In this document: positions 19,514 through 29,751 of the stretch, piece by piece
Numbering within the stretch: position 1 is the first letter of the stretch
Layout: each line of letters starts with the position of its first letter
Assembly (NCBI GenBank): GCA_963814585.1
Contig: CAWFDF010000014.1
Coordinates: 288,001-352,000, forward strand
DNA: 64,000 bases
Direction: 5' to 3'
Source of the DNA: an uncultured delta proteobacterium
GTDB taxonomy: Bacteria; Myxococcota; Myxococcia; Myxococcales; Anaeromyxobacteraceae
Translations under genes and position numbers: made by a program
Notes under the pieces: model-generated
Seen by the model: only the letters and a program-made list of their open reading frames with translations
Databases searched by the model: none
Told to the model about the DNA's origin: nothing

Positions 19514-19519
19514 GCCCGG

Positions 19520-19560
19520 ATATTATGTCGAAATTCTCTACCTGTTACGTAAACATTTCG
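19520..19560. promoter_or_regulatory. AT-rich divergent promoter with LysR T-N11-A box
   Basis: TCGAAATTCTCTA (19528-19540) between divergent nhaR and terC; TAATAT 6 nt before nhaR ATG. Confidence 0.5.
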
Positions 19561-19600
19561 TCATGACCAACATCGGCCGCCCTGCTAGATCCTCTCCACC

Positions 19601-20578
19601 ATGCCCTTCGAGACCATCGGATCACCGCTGCTGTGGGCCGGCTTCATCGCCTTCGTGCTGGCCATGCTGGCCATCGACCTCGGCGTCTTCCACCGGAAGG
19701 CCCATGACGTCAGCCTGAAGGAGGCGGGCGCCTGGAGTGCCGTCTGGGTTGCCCTCGCCCTCCTCTTCAACGCCGGCGTCTACGCCTGGTTCGGCCCCGA
19801 GCGCGCGCTCGAGTTCACCACCGGCTATCTCATCGAGAAGGCGCTCGCCGTCGACAACATCTTCGTCTTCGTGGTGATCTTCTCGGCTTTCGCCATCCCC
19901 ACCGTCTACCAGCACCGCATCCTCTTCTGGGGCGTGCTCGGGGCGCTGGTGATGCGCGCCGGCTTCATCCTGGCCGGAGGCGCCCTGCTCCAGCGCTTCC
20001 ACTGGGCCCTCTATGTCTTCGGCGTCATCCTGGCCGCCACCGGCGTCAAGCTGCTCCTGCAGCGCCAGCAGGAGTTGCACCCCGAGCGAAACCCGCTGGT
20101 GCGGGCGTTCCAGCGGCTCTTCCCGGTGACCCACGAGCCGGCCGGTGGCCGCTTCACGGTGGTGCGCGACGGCCGGCGCCACGCCACCCCCCTCCTGCTG
20201 GCCCTGGTCGCGGTCGAGGTGACCGACCTGGTCTTCGCGGTCGACTCGATCCCCGCCATCTTCGCCGTCACCCGGGACCCGTTCATCGTCTTCACCTCCA
20301 ACATCTTCGCCATCCTCGGCCTCCGCTCCCTCTACTTCCTGCTGGCCGACGTGATCACCCGGTTCGTCTACCTCAAGGTCGGCCTGGCCCTGGTCCTGAT
20401 CTTCGTCGGCGCCAAGATGCTGCTGGTGGACCTCTACAAGATCCCCATCGCTGCCTCGCTCGGCATCATCGCGGCCATCCTGGGGCTCTCGGTGGCCGCC
20501 TCCCTGCTCAGGCCCCGGCGGCCGGCCCGCCAGCTCGAGCCCGAGCCGCCCGCCCCCCGGCTCGGGGAGGCCGCCTGA
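19601..20578 (+). CDS. TerC/Alx family metal-homeostasis membrane protein
   Basis: EKALAVDNIFVF, DLVFAVDSIPAI, FTSNIFAILGLRSLYF. Confidence 0.93.
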   Translation: MPFETIGSPLLWAGFIAFVLAMLAIDLGVFHRKAHDVSLKEAGAWSAVWVALALLFNAGVYAWFGPERALEFTTGYLIEKALAVDNIFVFVVIFSAFAIPTVYQHRILFWGVLGALVMRAGFILAGGALLQRFHWALYVFGVILAATGVKLLLQRQQELHPERNPLVRAFQRLFPVTHEPAGGRFTVVRDGRRHATPLLLALVAVEVTDLVFAVDSIPAIFAVTRDPFIVFTSNIFAILGLRSLYFLLADVITRFVYLKVGLALVLIFVGAKMLLVDLYKIPIAASLGIIAAILGLSVAASLLRPRRPARQLEPEPPAPRLGEAA

Positions 20579-20799
20579 GGGAGGAGTCCGGACGCCTCGT
20601 CCCCGGCGAGGTGGACCGGCGGGCCCCTCGAGGCGAGAACCGCGAAGACCCCGTATGATGGGGCGGCCGGAGCAGGCCCACGGGGCCTCTCGGACCATCA
20701 CCCGGGGGTCGCCGCGTGGTCGGAGGAGAGAGAGAGGTCGAGGCGGCGCACCGGACCGTGCTGGTCGGGCCTCCGGTCACGTCGATACGGCAGGCCTCG

Positions 20800-21688
20800 A
20801 TGGCGCTGGCCTTCTACTCGACGGAGCCCGAGGCGCGCCCACGGCCGGGCCGCGTGGATCGGTTCCTCTGGGGGCTCGGCACCTCCTTCCATGCGGCACG
20901 ACTCATGTGGCGCGACCGGAAGCTCCAGCGCTCGGCCCTGCCGCCCACGGCCCTGACGCTCCTGGGCGCGGCGACGGTCGGCCTGGCGCTCGCGTTCCGG
21001 CTGGGCGGCGTCGAGCTCGAGCTGGGCGACGAACCCTCGCCCAGGGGCCTCCAGGCCTTCCTCGTCACCTTCGTGGCGTTGGCCTCGATGCCGCCCACGC
21101 TCCTCCAGCGGCAGTGGATGCGCGTGGCCCAGGAGGCGCGCCGTGCCCTCGGCCTGGCGCCTGGGGAGGATCCCTTCCCGGGCGAGCACTACCTGTCCAT
21201 GCTCTGGCGGGAGGGTCGCAAGGTGATGCGGCAGGGGCTGGTGGTCTCCATCGGGGCTCCTCCCCCTGGTGGCCTTCATCCGGATGCTGCCGTTCGGCGA
21301 CGCGGAGGCAGCGGCCCTGGGCGCCGCGTGGGCCTTCTACTGGGTGGTGGTGGACGCGTTCGAGCTGCCCATCGAGGTCTTGCCGGGCCCGCGTCAGGAG
21401 GTGCCGCTGCCCTGGTATGCGAGGGGCTCGATCTGGCTCGGCGAGGCGGCCAGGCCGCTCCGCCTCTTCGGCTGGTTCGGCCGCCAGCTGGCGAGGCTGA
21501 CTCGCCCCTGGGGCGACGAGGTCCACTTCACCGAGCGCCACCCCTGGGAGACCGCCGGCTTCGCCGCCGGGATCGGCCTGGTGCTGGTCATCCCGGTGGC
21601 CGGCCTCTTCTTCCGCTCGGTGGCCATCACCGCCGCGACCTCGATGGTCGACCGGCTCGCCTTGCCGGAAGGAGATCGGGTCAGCTAA
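20800..21688 (+). CDS. EI24/CysZ-like membrane protein; one extra G at 21253-21256
   Basis: Removing one G joins VVSIG to LLPLVAFIRMLP...; C-terminal IPVAGLFFRSVAITAAT. Confidence 0.6.
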
Positions 21689-21699
21689 CGTCTCCTCCC

Positions 21700-22257
21700 G
21701 TGTCGCAGCCGCCCTTCCGGCCGGTCCACGTGGCCCTGCTGGCGCTCCTCGGCGCGGTGGTGGCCGCGGTGCTCGTCCCGGGCCGGGTCCAGCGCGCCGA
21801 GCCGTCCGACGTCCTCCTCGCCCTGCAGGCCGCCCGCGGGCCCGCCCTGCCCCTGCCCGGCCGGGCCGGCGCGGTCTCGGCCACGGCGGTGACCCGTTAC
21901 GGCACGGAGACCCTGGCCGACGTCATCGACGGCGCCGCCGAGGCCTACCTCACCCGCGGCTTCACCGCCGCCGCCTTCGCCACCTACGTTTTCGGCCTGC
22001 CCGGGTTCCCGCCGGTGGAGGTGGCCGCCGAGGCTCACCGCTTCAAGACCGAGGCCGGCGCCGAGGCCCAGGCGCTGGCGGAGCGGCCGCCGCGAGCGCA
22101 GCCGCTCGAGGCGGTGCCCGGGGCCTTCTCCGACGGCTCGGTGCTGGTGGCCCGGGCCGGCCGGGAGCTGCTCAAGCTGACGGTGGTCTCGCCCGGCACG
22201 GGCGGACCCGACGCGCTCGCCGCGGTGGCGAGCGCCTGGACCAGGGAGAAGCCATGA
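21700..22257 (+). CDS. exported hypothetical protein, DUF6599-like
   Basis: N-terminal TM; YGTETLADVIDGAAEAYLTRGF motif; stop overlaps DUF362 start (ATGA). Confidence 0.6.
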   Translation: MSQPPFRPVHVALLALLGAVVAAVLVPGRVQRAEPSDVLLALQAARGPALPLPGRAGAVSATAVTRYGTETLADVIDGAAEAYLTRGFTAAAFATYVFGLPGFPPVEVAAEAHRFKTEAGAEAQALAERPPRAQPLEAVPGAFSDGSVLVARAGRELLKLTVVSPGTGGPDALAAVASAWTREKP

Positions 22258-23219
22258 GCGAACGCGGCGAGCGGATGGGACGGCGCGAGGCGTTGATGCG
22301 GATCTCGCAGGCGGCCCTGGCCGGCGTGGCGGTGGCGGGCGGCGCCGGGCTGCTCCTCGACCGGCGGGTGGCGCGCGCCGAGGGCCTGGTCATCCCGGAC
22401 TGGCGGGTGCCGGTCACCGGCCAGGCGGCCGCGGCGGTGGCGGCGCGTGGCGACGATCCGGCCAGGAACGTGGCCCGTGCCTTGGCGGCGCTGGGCGGCA
22501 TGGGGCAGTTCGTCAGGAAGGGCGAGACCGTGCTGGTCAAGCCCAACGTCGGCTGGGACCGGCTCCCCGAGCAGGCCGCCAACACCGACCCCGACGTGGT
22601 GGCCGAGATCGTCCGGCAGTGCCGCGCCGCCGGGGCGGCCCGGGTGCTGGTGGCCGACATCTCCTGCAACGACCCCCAGCGCTGCTTCTCCCGCTCCGGG
22701 GTGCTGGCCAGGGCGCAGGCCGCCGGCGCCGAGGTGCTCGACGCCCGCCAGCTCAAGCTGGTGCCGGCCGGCCTGGCCGGCGCCGCCGCCGGGCTGGAGG
22801 TGATCGCGCCGCTGCTCGAGGCGCAGCGGGTCATCAACGTGCCGGTGGCCAAGCACCACTCGCTGTCGCGGGCCACGCTCGGCATGAAGAACTGGTTCGG
22901 GGTGCTGGGGAGGGGGCGCAACCGCCTCCACCAGGGGATCGACCGCTCCATCGCCGAGCTGGCGGCCACCTTCCGCCCCACCCTCACCATCATCGACGCC
23001 ACCCGCGTGCTGCTCGGCAACGGGCCACAGGGCGGCAGCCTCGACGACGTCAAGGCGGTCGGGGCGATCTGCGCCGGTGTCGACCCGGTGCTGCTCGACG
23101 CCTGGGGCGCGGCGCAGCTTGGGCTGAAGCCCGGCGATCTCGCCTACATCGGCGAGGCCGAGCGGCGCGGGCTGGGGCGCAGCGACGTCGCGCTGGTGCG
23201 GGAACTCGGAAGGGGCTGA
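22254..23219 (+). CDS. DUF362 domain protein with Tat-like signal
   Basis: GRREAL plus hydrophobic stretch; VLVKPNVGWDR, NTDP, INVPVAKHH, TLGMKNWFG, DPVLLDA. Confidence 0.88.
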   Translation: MSERGERMGRREALMRISQAALAGVAVAGGAGLLLDRRVARAEGLVIPDWRVPVTGQAAAAVAARGDDPARNVARALAALGGMGQFVRKGETVLVKPNVGWDRLPEQAANTDPDVVAEIVRQCRAAGAARVLVADISCNDPQRCFSRSGVLARAQAAGAEVLDARQLKLVPAGLAGAAAGLEVIAPLLEAQRVINVPVAKHHSLSRATLGMKNWFGVLGRGRNRLHQGIDRSIAELAATFRPTLTIIDATRVLLGNGPQGGSLDDVKAVGAICAGVDPVLLDAWGAAQLGLKPGDLAYIGEAERRGLGRSDVALVRELGRG

Positions 23220-23222
23220 TCC

Positions 23223-24710
23223 GTGCCCCGGCCCAGCTGGACGCGCCGGATCCGCCGGCTCTGGCAGCTCGCCAGCCTCGGGCTCTTCCTCTTCCTGATG
23301 TGGGCGCTGGCCCGCGGCGAGCCCCGCGCCTTCCCCTTCGGCGTGCTCCACGAGGCCGACCCCCTCTCCGCCGCCGGGCTGGCGGTGGCGGCCGGGACGG
23401 TGCCGCGGGCGCTGCTGCTGGGCGTGGCCCTGATACTGCTGACGCTGGTGGTGGGGCGGGCCTTCTGCGGCTGGTTCTGCCCGCTCGGCACGCTCCAGGA
23501 GCTGGCCGGCCTGCTGCTCACGCCACGCTCGCGGCGCGAGTCGATCGATGCCAACCGCTTCCGTCCCTGGCAGGCCTGGAAGTACCTGCTGCTGGCCGGG
23601 CTGCTGGCGTTCGCCGTCCTCGGCTCCTGGCAGGGCGGCCTGCTCAATCCGCTCTCGCTCACCGCCCGCGGGCTGCAGGGCGGGCTCTGGCCGGCGCTGC
23701 CGGGCGGGCGGGAGGTGCCGGGGGGCTGGCTGGCGGCGGGGCTGCTGCTCGGCGTGGTGCTGGCCAGCCGCTGGGTGCCGCGCTTCTTCTGCCGGGCGCT
23801 CTGCCCGCTGGGCGCGCTGCTGGGGATCTTCTCGCGCCTGGCGCTCTTCCGCATCGAGCGGCGGGGCGCCGCCTGCACCGACTGCCGGCTCTGCACCTTC
23901 GCCTGCCAGGGCGCCGACGAGCCGCTCGCCATCCACCGGCCCGGCGAGTGCCTGGTCTGCCTGGAGTGCCTCGACGCCTGCCCCGACGGCGCCATCACCT
24001 TCGGCCTCCGCCTCTCGCAGCCGCCCGTCCCGGAGCAGCCCGACGTGCGCCGCCGCCACCTGGTGGGTGGCGCGCTGCTCGGCCTCGTGCTCGGCCCGGT
24101 GGTCCGGGCCGCCGGCGGTGGCCGAATCGCCGGCCGGCACGAGCTGATCCGCCCGCCGGGCGCGGCGCCCGAGGACGAGTTCCTCGACCGGTGCACCAAG
24201 TGCCTGCTCTGCGGCGAGGCCTGCCCCACCGGCGCCATCCAGCCGGCGCTGGGCCAGGCCGGGCTGGAGGGATTCTGGACGCCGGTGGTGGTGCCGCGGC
24301 GCGGCGGCTGCGAGCTGGCCTGCACCCGCTGCGGCGAGGTCTGCCCCACCGGCGCGATCGCCAGGCTGGCCGCCTCCCGCAAGACCGGCTACGACGGGCG
24401 GCCGGCGGTGAGCATCGGCACCGCCTTCTTCGACCGCGGCCGCTGCCTGCCCTGGGCCAACCAGATCCCCTGCATCGTCTGCGAGGAGATGTGCCCGACC
24501 GATCCCAAGGCCATCACGCTCACCGTGGCGGAGGAGCGGCGCCCCGACGGCACCGCGGTCCGGCTGCAGAGGCCGCAGGTGGTCCCCTCGCTCTGCGTGG
24601 GGTGCGGCATCTGCGAGAACCGCTGCCCGGTCGGCGAGCTGGCCGCCATCCGCGTCTCCTCGGTGGGCGAGTCGCGAGACCCGCTCAACCGGATGGTGCT
24701 GGGAGGCTGA
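23223..24710 (+). CDS. membrane polyferredoxin: NapH/MauN-like TM domain fused to NapG/MauM-like ferredoxin
   Basis: Two CxxxCP motifs (CGWFCP, CRALCP), about six 4Fe-4S motifs, IRPPGA. Confidence 0.88.
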   Translation: MPRPSWTRRIRRLWQLASLGLFLFLMWALARGEPRAFPFGVLHEADPLSAAGLAVAAGTVPRALLLGVALILLTLVVGRAFCGWFCPLGTLQELAGLLLTPRSRRESIDANRFRPWQAWKYLLLAGLLAFAVLGSWQGGLLNPLSLTARGLQGGLWPALPGGREVPGGWLAAGLLLGVVLASRWVPRFFCRALCPLGALLGIFSRLALFRIERRGAACTDCRLCTFACQGADEPLAIHRPGECLVCLECLDACPDGAITFGLRLSQPPVPEQPDVRRRHLVGGALLGLVLGPVVRAAGGGRIAGRHELIRPPGAAPEDEFLDRCTKCLLCGEACPTGAIQPALGQAGLEGFWTPVVVPRRGGCELACTRCGEVCPTGAIARLAASRKTGYDGRPAVSIGTAFFDRGRCLPWANQIPCIVCEEMCPTDPKAITLTVAEERRPDGTAVRLQRPQVVPSLCVGCGICENRCPVGELAAIRVSSVGESRDPLNRMVLGG

Positions 24711-24716
24711 GCCGGC

Positions 24717-25400
24717 CTACCGGGGCGGGCCGCCGCCGGGCTTGCCGCCCCCGGGCCGGCCTCGGCCGCCGCCGGGGCCGCTCCGCTGGCCCTTGCAATC
24801 CTCCTTGAGCGAGTCCATGGAGAAGCCGCCGCTGGTGGGCGCACCCTTCCCGCCGCCGCCGCCGCGCCCGCCGCCCCCACCGGGGCCGCCGCGTCCGCGC
24901 TTCTCCTTCTGCATGGTCGGCACCTGGCGCATCGAGGCCGGGGCCACGTCGACCAGGTACTGGAAGCCGTTGAGCGTCTTGGCGCCGGGGACCGGCTCCT
25001 CGGCCGAGAAGACGCGGACCAGCCGGACGTCGTCGATGTGGCGGCCCGCCGCCTTGACGGCATCGCGCAGGCGATCCAGCCGGTCACCGGACAGGCCGGT
25101 GGCCGAGGCCACCGCGGCATCGAGGGCCGCCTTGACGGTCTCGCTCTCGACCTCCTCGGCCGGCCTGGAGGGCGGCGGGGCCGGCGGTGGGCCGGGCTCG
25201 GCCGGCGCGGCGGCCTGGGTAGCCGGGGCCGCCTCGCCCTCGGCGGGGGCGGCTTCGGCGGGCGCCGGCACGGCGGTCGCTGCGACGGCGGCGGGCGGCT
25301 CCTCCCGGGGGAGTGACCGCTTCGCCGCGGCGATGGCCGCCGCTGCCGTCCTGAGGGTGATGCCGCTGAGCTCGGTGAGGGTCTTCATGCGCGCAGCCAT
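24717..25400 (-). CDS. hypothetical protein with Ala/Pro/Glu linker and Gly/Arg-rich (RGG) tail
   Basis: GC3-consistent frame; start MAARMKTL (alternative ATG 25388). Confidence 0.7.
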   Translation of the reverse strand: MAARMKTLTELSGITLRTAAAAIAAAKRSLPREEPPAAVAATAVPAPAEAAPAEGEAAPATQAAAPAEPGPPPAPPPSRPAEEVESETVKAALDAAVASATGLSGDRLDRLRDAVKAAGRHIDDVRLVRVFSAEEPVPGAKTLNGFQYLVDVAPASMRQVPTMQKEKRGRGGPGGGGGRGGGGGKGAPTSGGFSMDSLKEDCKGQRSGPGGGRGRPGGGKPGGGPPR

Positions 25401-25533
25401 ACAACGCAACCGGGCCCGGCGGGAAGCCCGTCCGAGGCCGGCCAGCGTGTCCCGCCGCCTCCAGGGGATGCCTCCGGCCGGGCTCGGCCGGGACCGCATG
25501 GAGATCCGCGGAGTCGCGGCGTAGCATCCGGCC

Positions 25534-26796
25534 ATGGAAGCTCCCCGTCTCGACGTCGAGATCGTCGGCGATCTCTGGAGCCTGGCCATCGCCCTGGCCG
25601 TCGGTCTCATCATCGGCGCCGAGCGCGAGCGCCGGAAGGGGGAGGGACCGGCGAGGGCGGCGGCGGGCATCCGCACCTTCGCCGCGGTGGGCGCCCTGGG
25701 CGGAGTGGCGAGCCTGCTCGGCGTCCCCGTCATCGCGGTGGGAGGGCTCTTCGTGGGGAGCGCCGCGATCGCGGCCTACGTGGTGGGTGACCGCACCGAC
25801 CCCGGGCTCACCACCGAGGTCTCGCTGGTCCTCTGCTACGCCCTGGGAGCCCTCTCGGCCACCCGGCCGGCCGTGGCCCTGGCGGCGGCGGTGGCCACCG
25901 CGGCGCTGCTGGCGGCCCGCGGCGACCTCCACCGCTTCATGCGGGACACCTTGAGCGAGCGGGAGCTGCGCGACGGCCTGGTGCTGGGCCTGTCGGCAAT
26001 CGTCATCCTCCCGCTCTTGCCCGACCGCTTCATGGGCCCCTATGCGGTCGTCAACCCCCACACCCTCTGGAGGCTCGCCGTCGTCATGATGGGACTCACG
26101 GCGGCGGGGTACGTCGCGCAGCGCGCCGTGGGGTCGAACCTGGGACTGGCGGTGGCGGGCCTGGCCGGCGGCTTCGTCTCGAGCGCGGCGACCATCAGCG
26201 CCATGGGGGCGCGGGCCAGGGAGAGCGAGGCGGTCCGCGCCGGGGCGGTCGCCGGGGCCACGGCCTCGACGGTGTCGACCTTCGTCCAGCTCGCGGTGGT
26301 CGTCACCCTGGCCGACCCGGCCGTGGCAAGCCGGGTGGCGTGGCCGCTGGCGTGCGGGGGCGTCACCGCCGCGGCCTGCTCCGGCTTCCGGGCCTGGCAC
26401 GCGGCCCGCGGGGGCGGTCCGCCGGCGGTGCGAGGCCGCGCCTTCCGCGTCCTCCCGGCCGTGCTCTTCGCCGGCCTGGTCGGCGCGGTGGGCGTCCTGG
26501 CGACGTTCGCCGAGTCACGCCTCGGGCAGGCCGCGGTGCCGGTGACGGCGGCCATCGCCGGACTCGCCGACGCGCACGCCTCGGCGGCCTCGGCCGCCTC
26601 GCTGCACGCGGCCGGACGCATCACCGAGTCGGTGGCGGTGCTCGGGGTCCTCCTGGCGCTCACGGCCAACACCCTCACCAAGGCGGTGCTGGCCTTCACC
26701 TCCGGCGACCGCCGGTTCGCCTGGCAGGTCACGCAGGGGCTGCTCCTCGTCCTGGCCGGGACCTGGGCACCCCTGCTCGCCGGTCTCAGGCCCTGA
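25534..26796 (+). CDS. MgtC/SapB family protein with DUF4010
   Basis: GLIIGAERE, AGIRTF, GLTTE, GGFVSSAAT. Confidence 0.88.
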   Translation: MEAPRLDVEIVGDLWSLAIALAVGLIIGAERERRKGEGPARAAAGIRTFAAVGALGGVASLLGVPVIAVGGLFVGSAAIAAYVVGDRTDPGLTTEVSLVLCYALGALSATRPAVALAAAVATAALLAARGDLHRFMRDTLSERELRDGLVLGLSAIVILPLLPDRFMGPYAVVNPHTLWRLAVVMMGLTAAGYVAQRAVGSNLGLAVAGLAGGFVSSAATISAMGARARESEAVRAGAVAGATASTVSTFVQLAVVVTLADPAVASRVAWPLACGGVTAAACSGFRAWHAARGGGPPAVRGRAFRVLPAVLFAGLVGAVGVLATFAESRLGQAAVPVTAAIAGLADAHASAASAASLHAAGRITESVAVLGVLLALTANTLTKAVLAFTSGDRRFAWQVTQGLLLVLAGTWAPLLAGLRP

Positions 26797-26861
26797 CTCG
26801 CCGGGACGCCGTGGGCCCGCTCAGCCTGGCCGGCCTTCGCCGGTGCGTGCCGGGCGTCCGC

Positions 26862-27224
26862 TCACCGCCGCGTGCCCAGCGAATCCCGGTCCTTCTCCAG
26901 CGCCTCGAGGGTGCCGGCGAACAGGCGCGGCCCGCTCCTGGCCCTCCAGGCGAGCGCCGCCAGCGCCAGCAGGCCGCCGCCCAGGAAGAACCCGGTGAGG
27001 AGCCCCAGCACCAGCATCCGGTTGGTGTCCCAGTAGGCCACCACCAGCCAGAACGCCCCCATCACCACCCCCAGGCCGAGGCAGAGGAACGCGACCGCCC
27101 CGAGGAGGAGGATGGAGAGGAAGCGGAGCTTGGCCTCCTCGACGTCGAGCGAGATGAGCTCCAGGCGGCCGCGGACGAGCTCCACCACGGTGCGGGCAAG
27201 CCGCTTGAGCGAGGCGACAATCAT
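26862..27224 (-). CDS. YqjE-like membrane protein (phage holin superfamily III)
   Basis: RLELISLDVEEAK, two TM, LEKDR; follows DUF883. Confidence 0.8.
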   Translation of the reverse strand: MIVASLKRLARTVVELVRGRLELISLDVEEAKLRFLSILLLGAVAFLCLGLGVVMGAFWLVVAYWDTNRMLVLGLLTGFFLGGGLLALAALAWRARSGPRLFAGTLEALEKDRDSLGTRR

Positions 27225-27231
27225 CCCCGGG

Positions 27232-27543
27232 CTACTTCCGGCTCAGCAGCCAGCCGAGGACGAACCCCACCCCGGCGCCGATGCCGACCGCCTGCCACGG
27301 GTTCTCGTGCACGTAGGTGTCGGTGGCCTTGGCGGCGGCCTTGGCCTTCTCCACCCCGACCTCGCTCAGCTCGGCCAGGCGCGCCCGGGCGGTGCGCAGG
27401 CTCTCCTCGGCGCGGGCGCGCGCGGCGAGGATCTTCTCCCCCGCCTGCCCGGCGGTGGCATGGAGCAAGCCTTCGGTGTCGTCGATCACCGCCCTCAGGT
27501 CGGCGGCGAGCCTCTCTCGGAGGATGTCGGTCTCGGTGGTCAT
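27232..27543 (-). CDS. DUF883/ElaB/YqjD family membrane-anchored ribosome-binding protein
   Basis: ATDTYVHENPWQAVGIGAGVGFVLGWLL. Confidence 0.92.
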   Translation of the reverse strand: MTTETDILRERLAADLRAVIDDTEGLLHATAGQAGEKILAARARAEESLRTARARLAELSEVGVEKAKAAAKATDTYVHENPWQAVGIGAGVGFVLGWLLSRK

Positions 27544-27822
27544 CGGGCCCTCCTGGATCAGGTCAGCAGCGGGAGTCTATCAGCCCCGTGACTTCAGGTT
27601 GAGCGACCTACCCGAGATCCCATCGCACGGGCGATGGGCCGCACCCGCTTGGGGCCGCAAGCCACGCGGCCTCGGTGGGGCCCTCCCTGGTGCTCGGCCA
27701 CGGGCGCGCCCGACGGCGGCGAACGCCCGTGCGTCGAATGGCACGCCGGGCGCGATCCGGTTATGACAGCCGGGCGGCCCGCGTCCGTTCAGCCACGGGG
27801 AAGGCAGCCAGAAGGTGACTCG

Positions 27823-28791
27823 TTGACGAACGCCATCGAGACCCACGGGCTGGCGAAGGCCTTCGGGAGCACGCGCGCGCTGGACGGGGTGGACCTGCGC
27901 ATCCGGCAGGGCTCCGTGTACGGCCTGCTGGGCCCCAACGGCGCGGGCAAGACCACCACGATCCGCATCCTGGCCACCCTCCTCAAGCCAACGGCCGGCA
28001 CGGCGACCGTGCTGGGCCACGACGTCGTCCGCGAGGCGAAGTCCGTCCGGCAACGGGTGAGCCTGACCGGGCAGTACGCCTCGGTGGACGAGGATCTCAC
28101 CGGCCAGGAGAACCTCGTGCTGGTGGGGCGGCTGCTCGGCCTGGCCTGGCGCGATGCGCGACGGCGCGCGGCGGAGCTGCTCGAGGCGTTCGGCCTGGCC
28201 GACGCCGCGGGGCGCCAGGTCCTGACCTACTCCGGCGGGGAGCGGCGGCGCATCGACATCGCGGCCAGCCTCGTGACCATCCCGGACGTCCTCTTCCTCG
28301 ACGAGCCGACCACCGGCCTCGATCCGCGCAGCCGCACCCAGGTGTGGGAGCTGGTGCGCCGCATCGCCGACGCGGGGACCACGGTGCTCCTGACCACGCA
28401 GTACCTGGACGAGGCGGATCGGCTCGCCGAGCGGCTCGCGGTCATCGACCATGGGCGCGTCATCGCCGAGGGCTCGAGCCGGGAGCTCAAGGCGTCGGTG
28501 GGCGCCAACACGCTGCACCTGCAGCTGGCCCAGGGAGGCCAGCGTGCCCTGGCGCAACAGGTGGTGTCCCGGGTCCTGGGTGACGGCGTCCTGCCGGGGA
28601 CCGGACCGACGGACGTGACCGCTCGCCTGGAGGGCGCGGCGCAGGCCGCCGCCGTCCTCGCGGCGCTGGCCGAGAGCCGCGTGGAGGTGGCGCAGTTCTC
28701 GGTGGGGAGTCCCAGCCTGGACGAGGTCTTCCTGGCGCTGACGGGCCGTGCCGCGGAGGCCGCGGCTCCCGAGGCCGGGGCCGAGCCATGA
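27823..28791 (+). CDS. DrrA-like ABC exporter ATP-binding subunit
   Basis: [43 protein letters not shown] start after AAGGTG. Confidence 0.9.
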   Translation: MTNAIETHGLAKAFGSTRALDGVDLRIRQGSVYGLLGPNGAGKTTTIRILATLLKPTAGTATVLGHDVVREAKSVRQRVSLTGQYASVDEDLTGQENLVLVGRLLGLAWRDARRRAAELLEAFGLADAAGRQVLTYSGGERRRIDIAASLVTIPDVLFLDEPTTGLDPRSRTQVWELVRRIADAGTTVLLTTQYLDEADRLAERLAVIDHGRVIAEGSSRELKASVGANTLHLQLAQGGQRALAQQVVSRVLGDGVLPGTGPTDVTARLEGAAQAAAVLAALAESRVEVAQFSVGSPSLDEVFLALTGRAAEAAAPEAGAEP

Positions 28792-29591
28792 CCCCGGCCC
28801 ACCAGGTCCTCGCCATCCGGGCGCGCCCGCCACCGGCGTCCGCGCTGTCCGCCGGGCTGACGCTCGGCTGGCGAGCCATGCTGAAGATCAAGCACGTGCC
28901 CTTCCAGCTCTTCGACGTGACGGTCACGCCGATCATGTTCACGCTGCTGTTCACCTGGGTCTTCGGCGGCGCGCTGGCCGGCACGCCGCGCGAGTACGTC
29001 CAGTACCTGCTGCCGGGCATCGTGGTCCAGACGGTCGTGTTCATCACCGTGTACACGGGCGTGGGACTGAACACGGACCTGCGCAAGGGGCTGCACGACC
29101 GCTTCCGCTCGCTGCCCATGTGGCAGGGGGCTCCCATCTTCGGCGCCCTGATCGGGGACGTGTTCCGCTACTCCGTCGCCTCGCTCCTGATCCTGGTGGT
29201 GGGCTTCATCCTGGGGTTTCAGCCCCGGGGCGGTGCGCTGGGGGTGCTGCTCGCCGTGCTCCTGGTCATCGCGTTCTGCTCGGCCCTGGCCTGGCTCTGG
29301 ATCATCGTGGCCATGCTGGTCAGGACCCCCGAGTCGGTCATGACGACGAGCTTCGCCTTCCTCATGCCGCTCACCTTCGCGAGCGACATCTTCGTCGACC
29401 TGTCGACCATGCCCGGCTGGCTGCAGGCGTTCGTGAGCCGAAACCCGGTCACCCTCCTGGCGAGCGCGTCGCGCAAGCTCATGCACGGGCAGCCTGCCTG
29501 GGCCGACGCCGGCTGGGTGCTGGCGGCGTCGGCGCTCGTCTTCGTCCTGGCGGCGCCGGTCGCCATGCGGCTGTACCGAAAGGAGCGGTGA
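28788..29591 (+). CDS. DrrB-like ABC-2 permease
   Basis: [26 protein letters not shown]. Confidence 0.9.
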   Translation: MTPAHQVLAIRARPPPASALSAGLTLGWRAMLKIKHVPFQLFDVTVTPIMFTLLFTWVFGGALAGTPREYVQYLLPGIVVQTVVFITVYTGVGLNTDLRKGLHDRFRSLPMWQGAPIFGALIGDVFRYSVASLLILVVGFILGFQPRGGALGVLLAVLLVIAFCSALAWLWIIVAMLVRTPESVMTTSFAFLMPLTFASDIFVDLSTMPGWLQAFVSRNPVTLLASASRKLMHGQPAWADAGWVLAASALVFVLAAPVAMRLYRKER

Positions 29592-29751
29592 GCCTGCCTC
29601 ACGGACCCTCCCCGCGGCCAGAGCGCCAGACCGGGCCAGCGAGGTTCTCCACCCAAAGGTCGGCGCCGCCACGTGGAGGCGCCTCCCGGCCGGGCGAGAC
29701 GTCTCCGCCGATGCTGGGTTTGGTGATCCACGGCCCGACCCGCTGACTGGC

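Noticed and set aside
20716..22257. Apparent EI24-DUF6599 fusion
   Set aside because: Caused by the extra G at 21253-21256; the real EI24-like C-terminus is in the next frame and stops at 21688
26862..27224. Prophage suggested by the holin-family protein
   Set aside because: YqjE-like gene beside DUF883 is a common chromosomal stress pair; no phage genes nearby
27739..27754. sigma54 promoter upstream of the drrA-like gene (TGGCACGCCGGGCGCG)
   Set aside because: Good -24 box but -12 lacks TTGC; too weak to call
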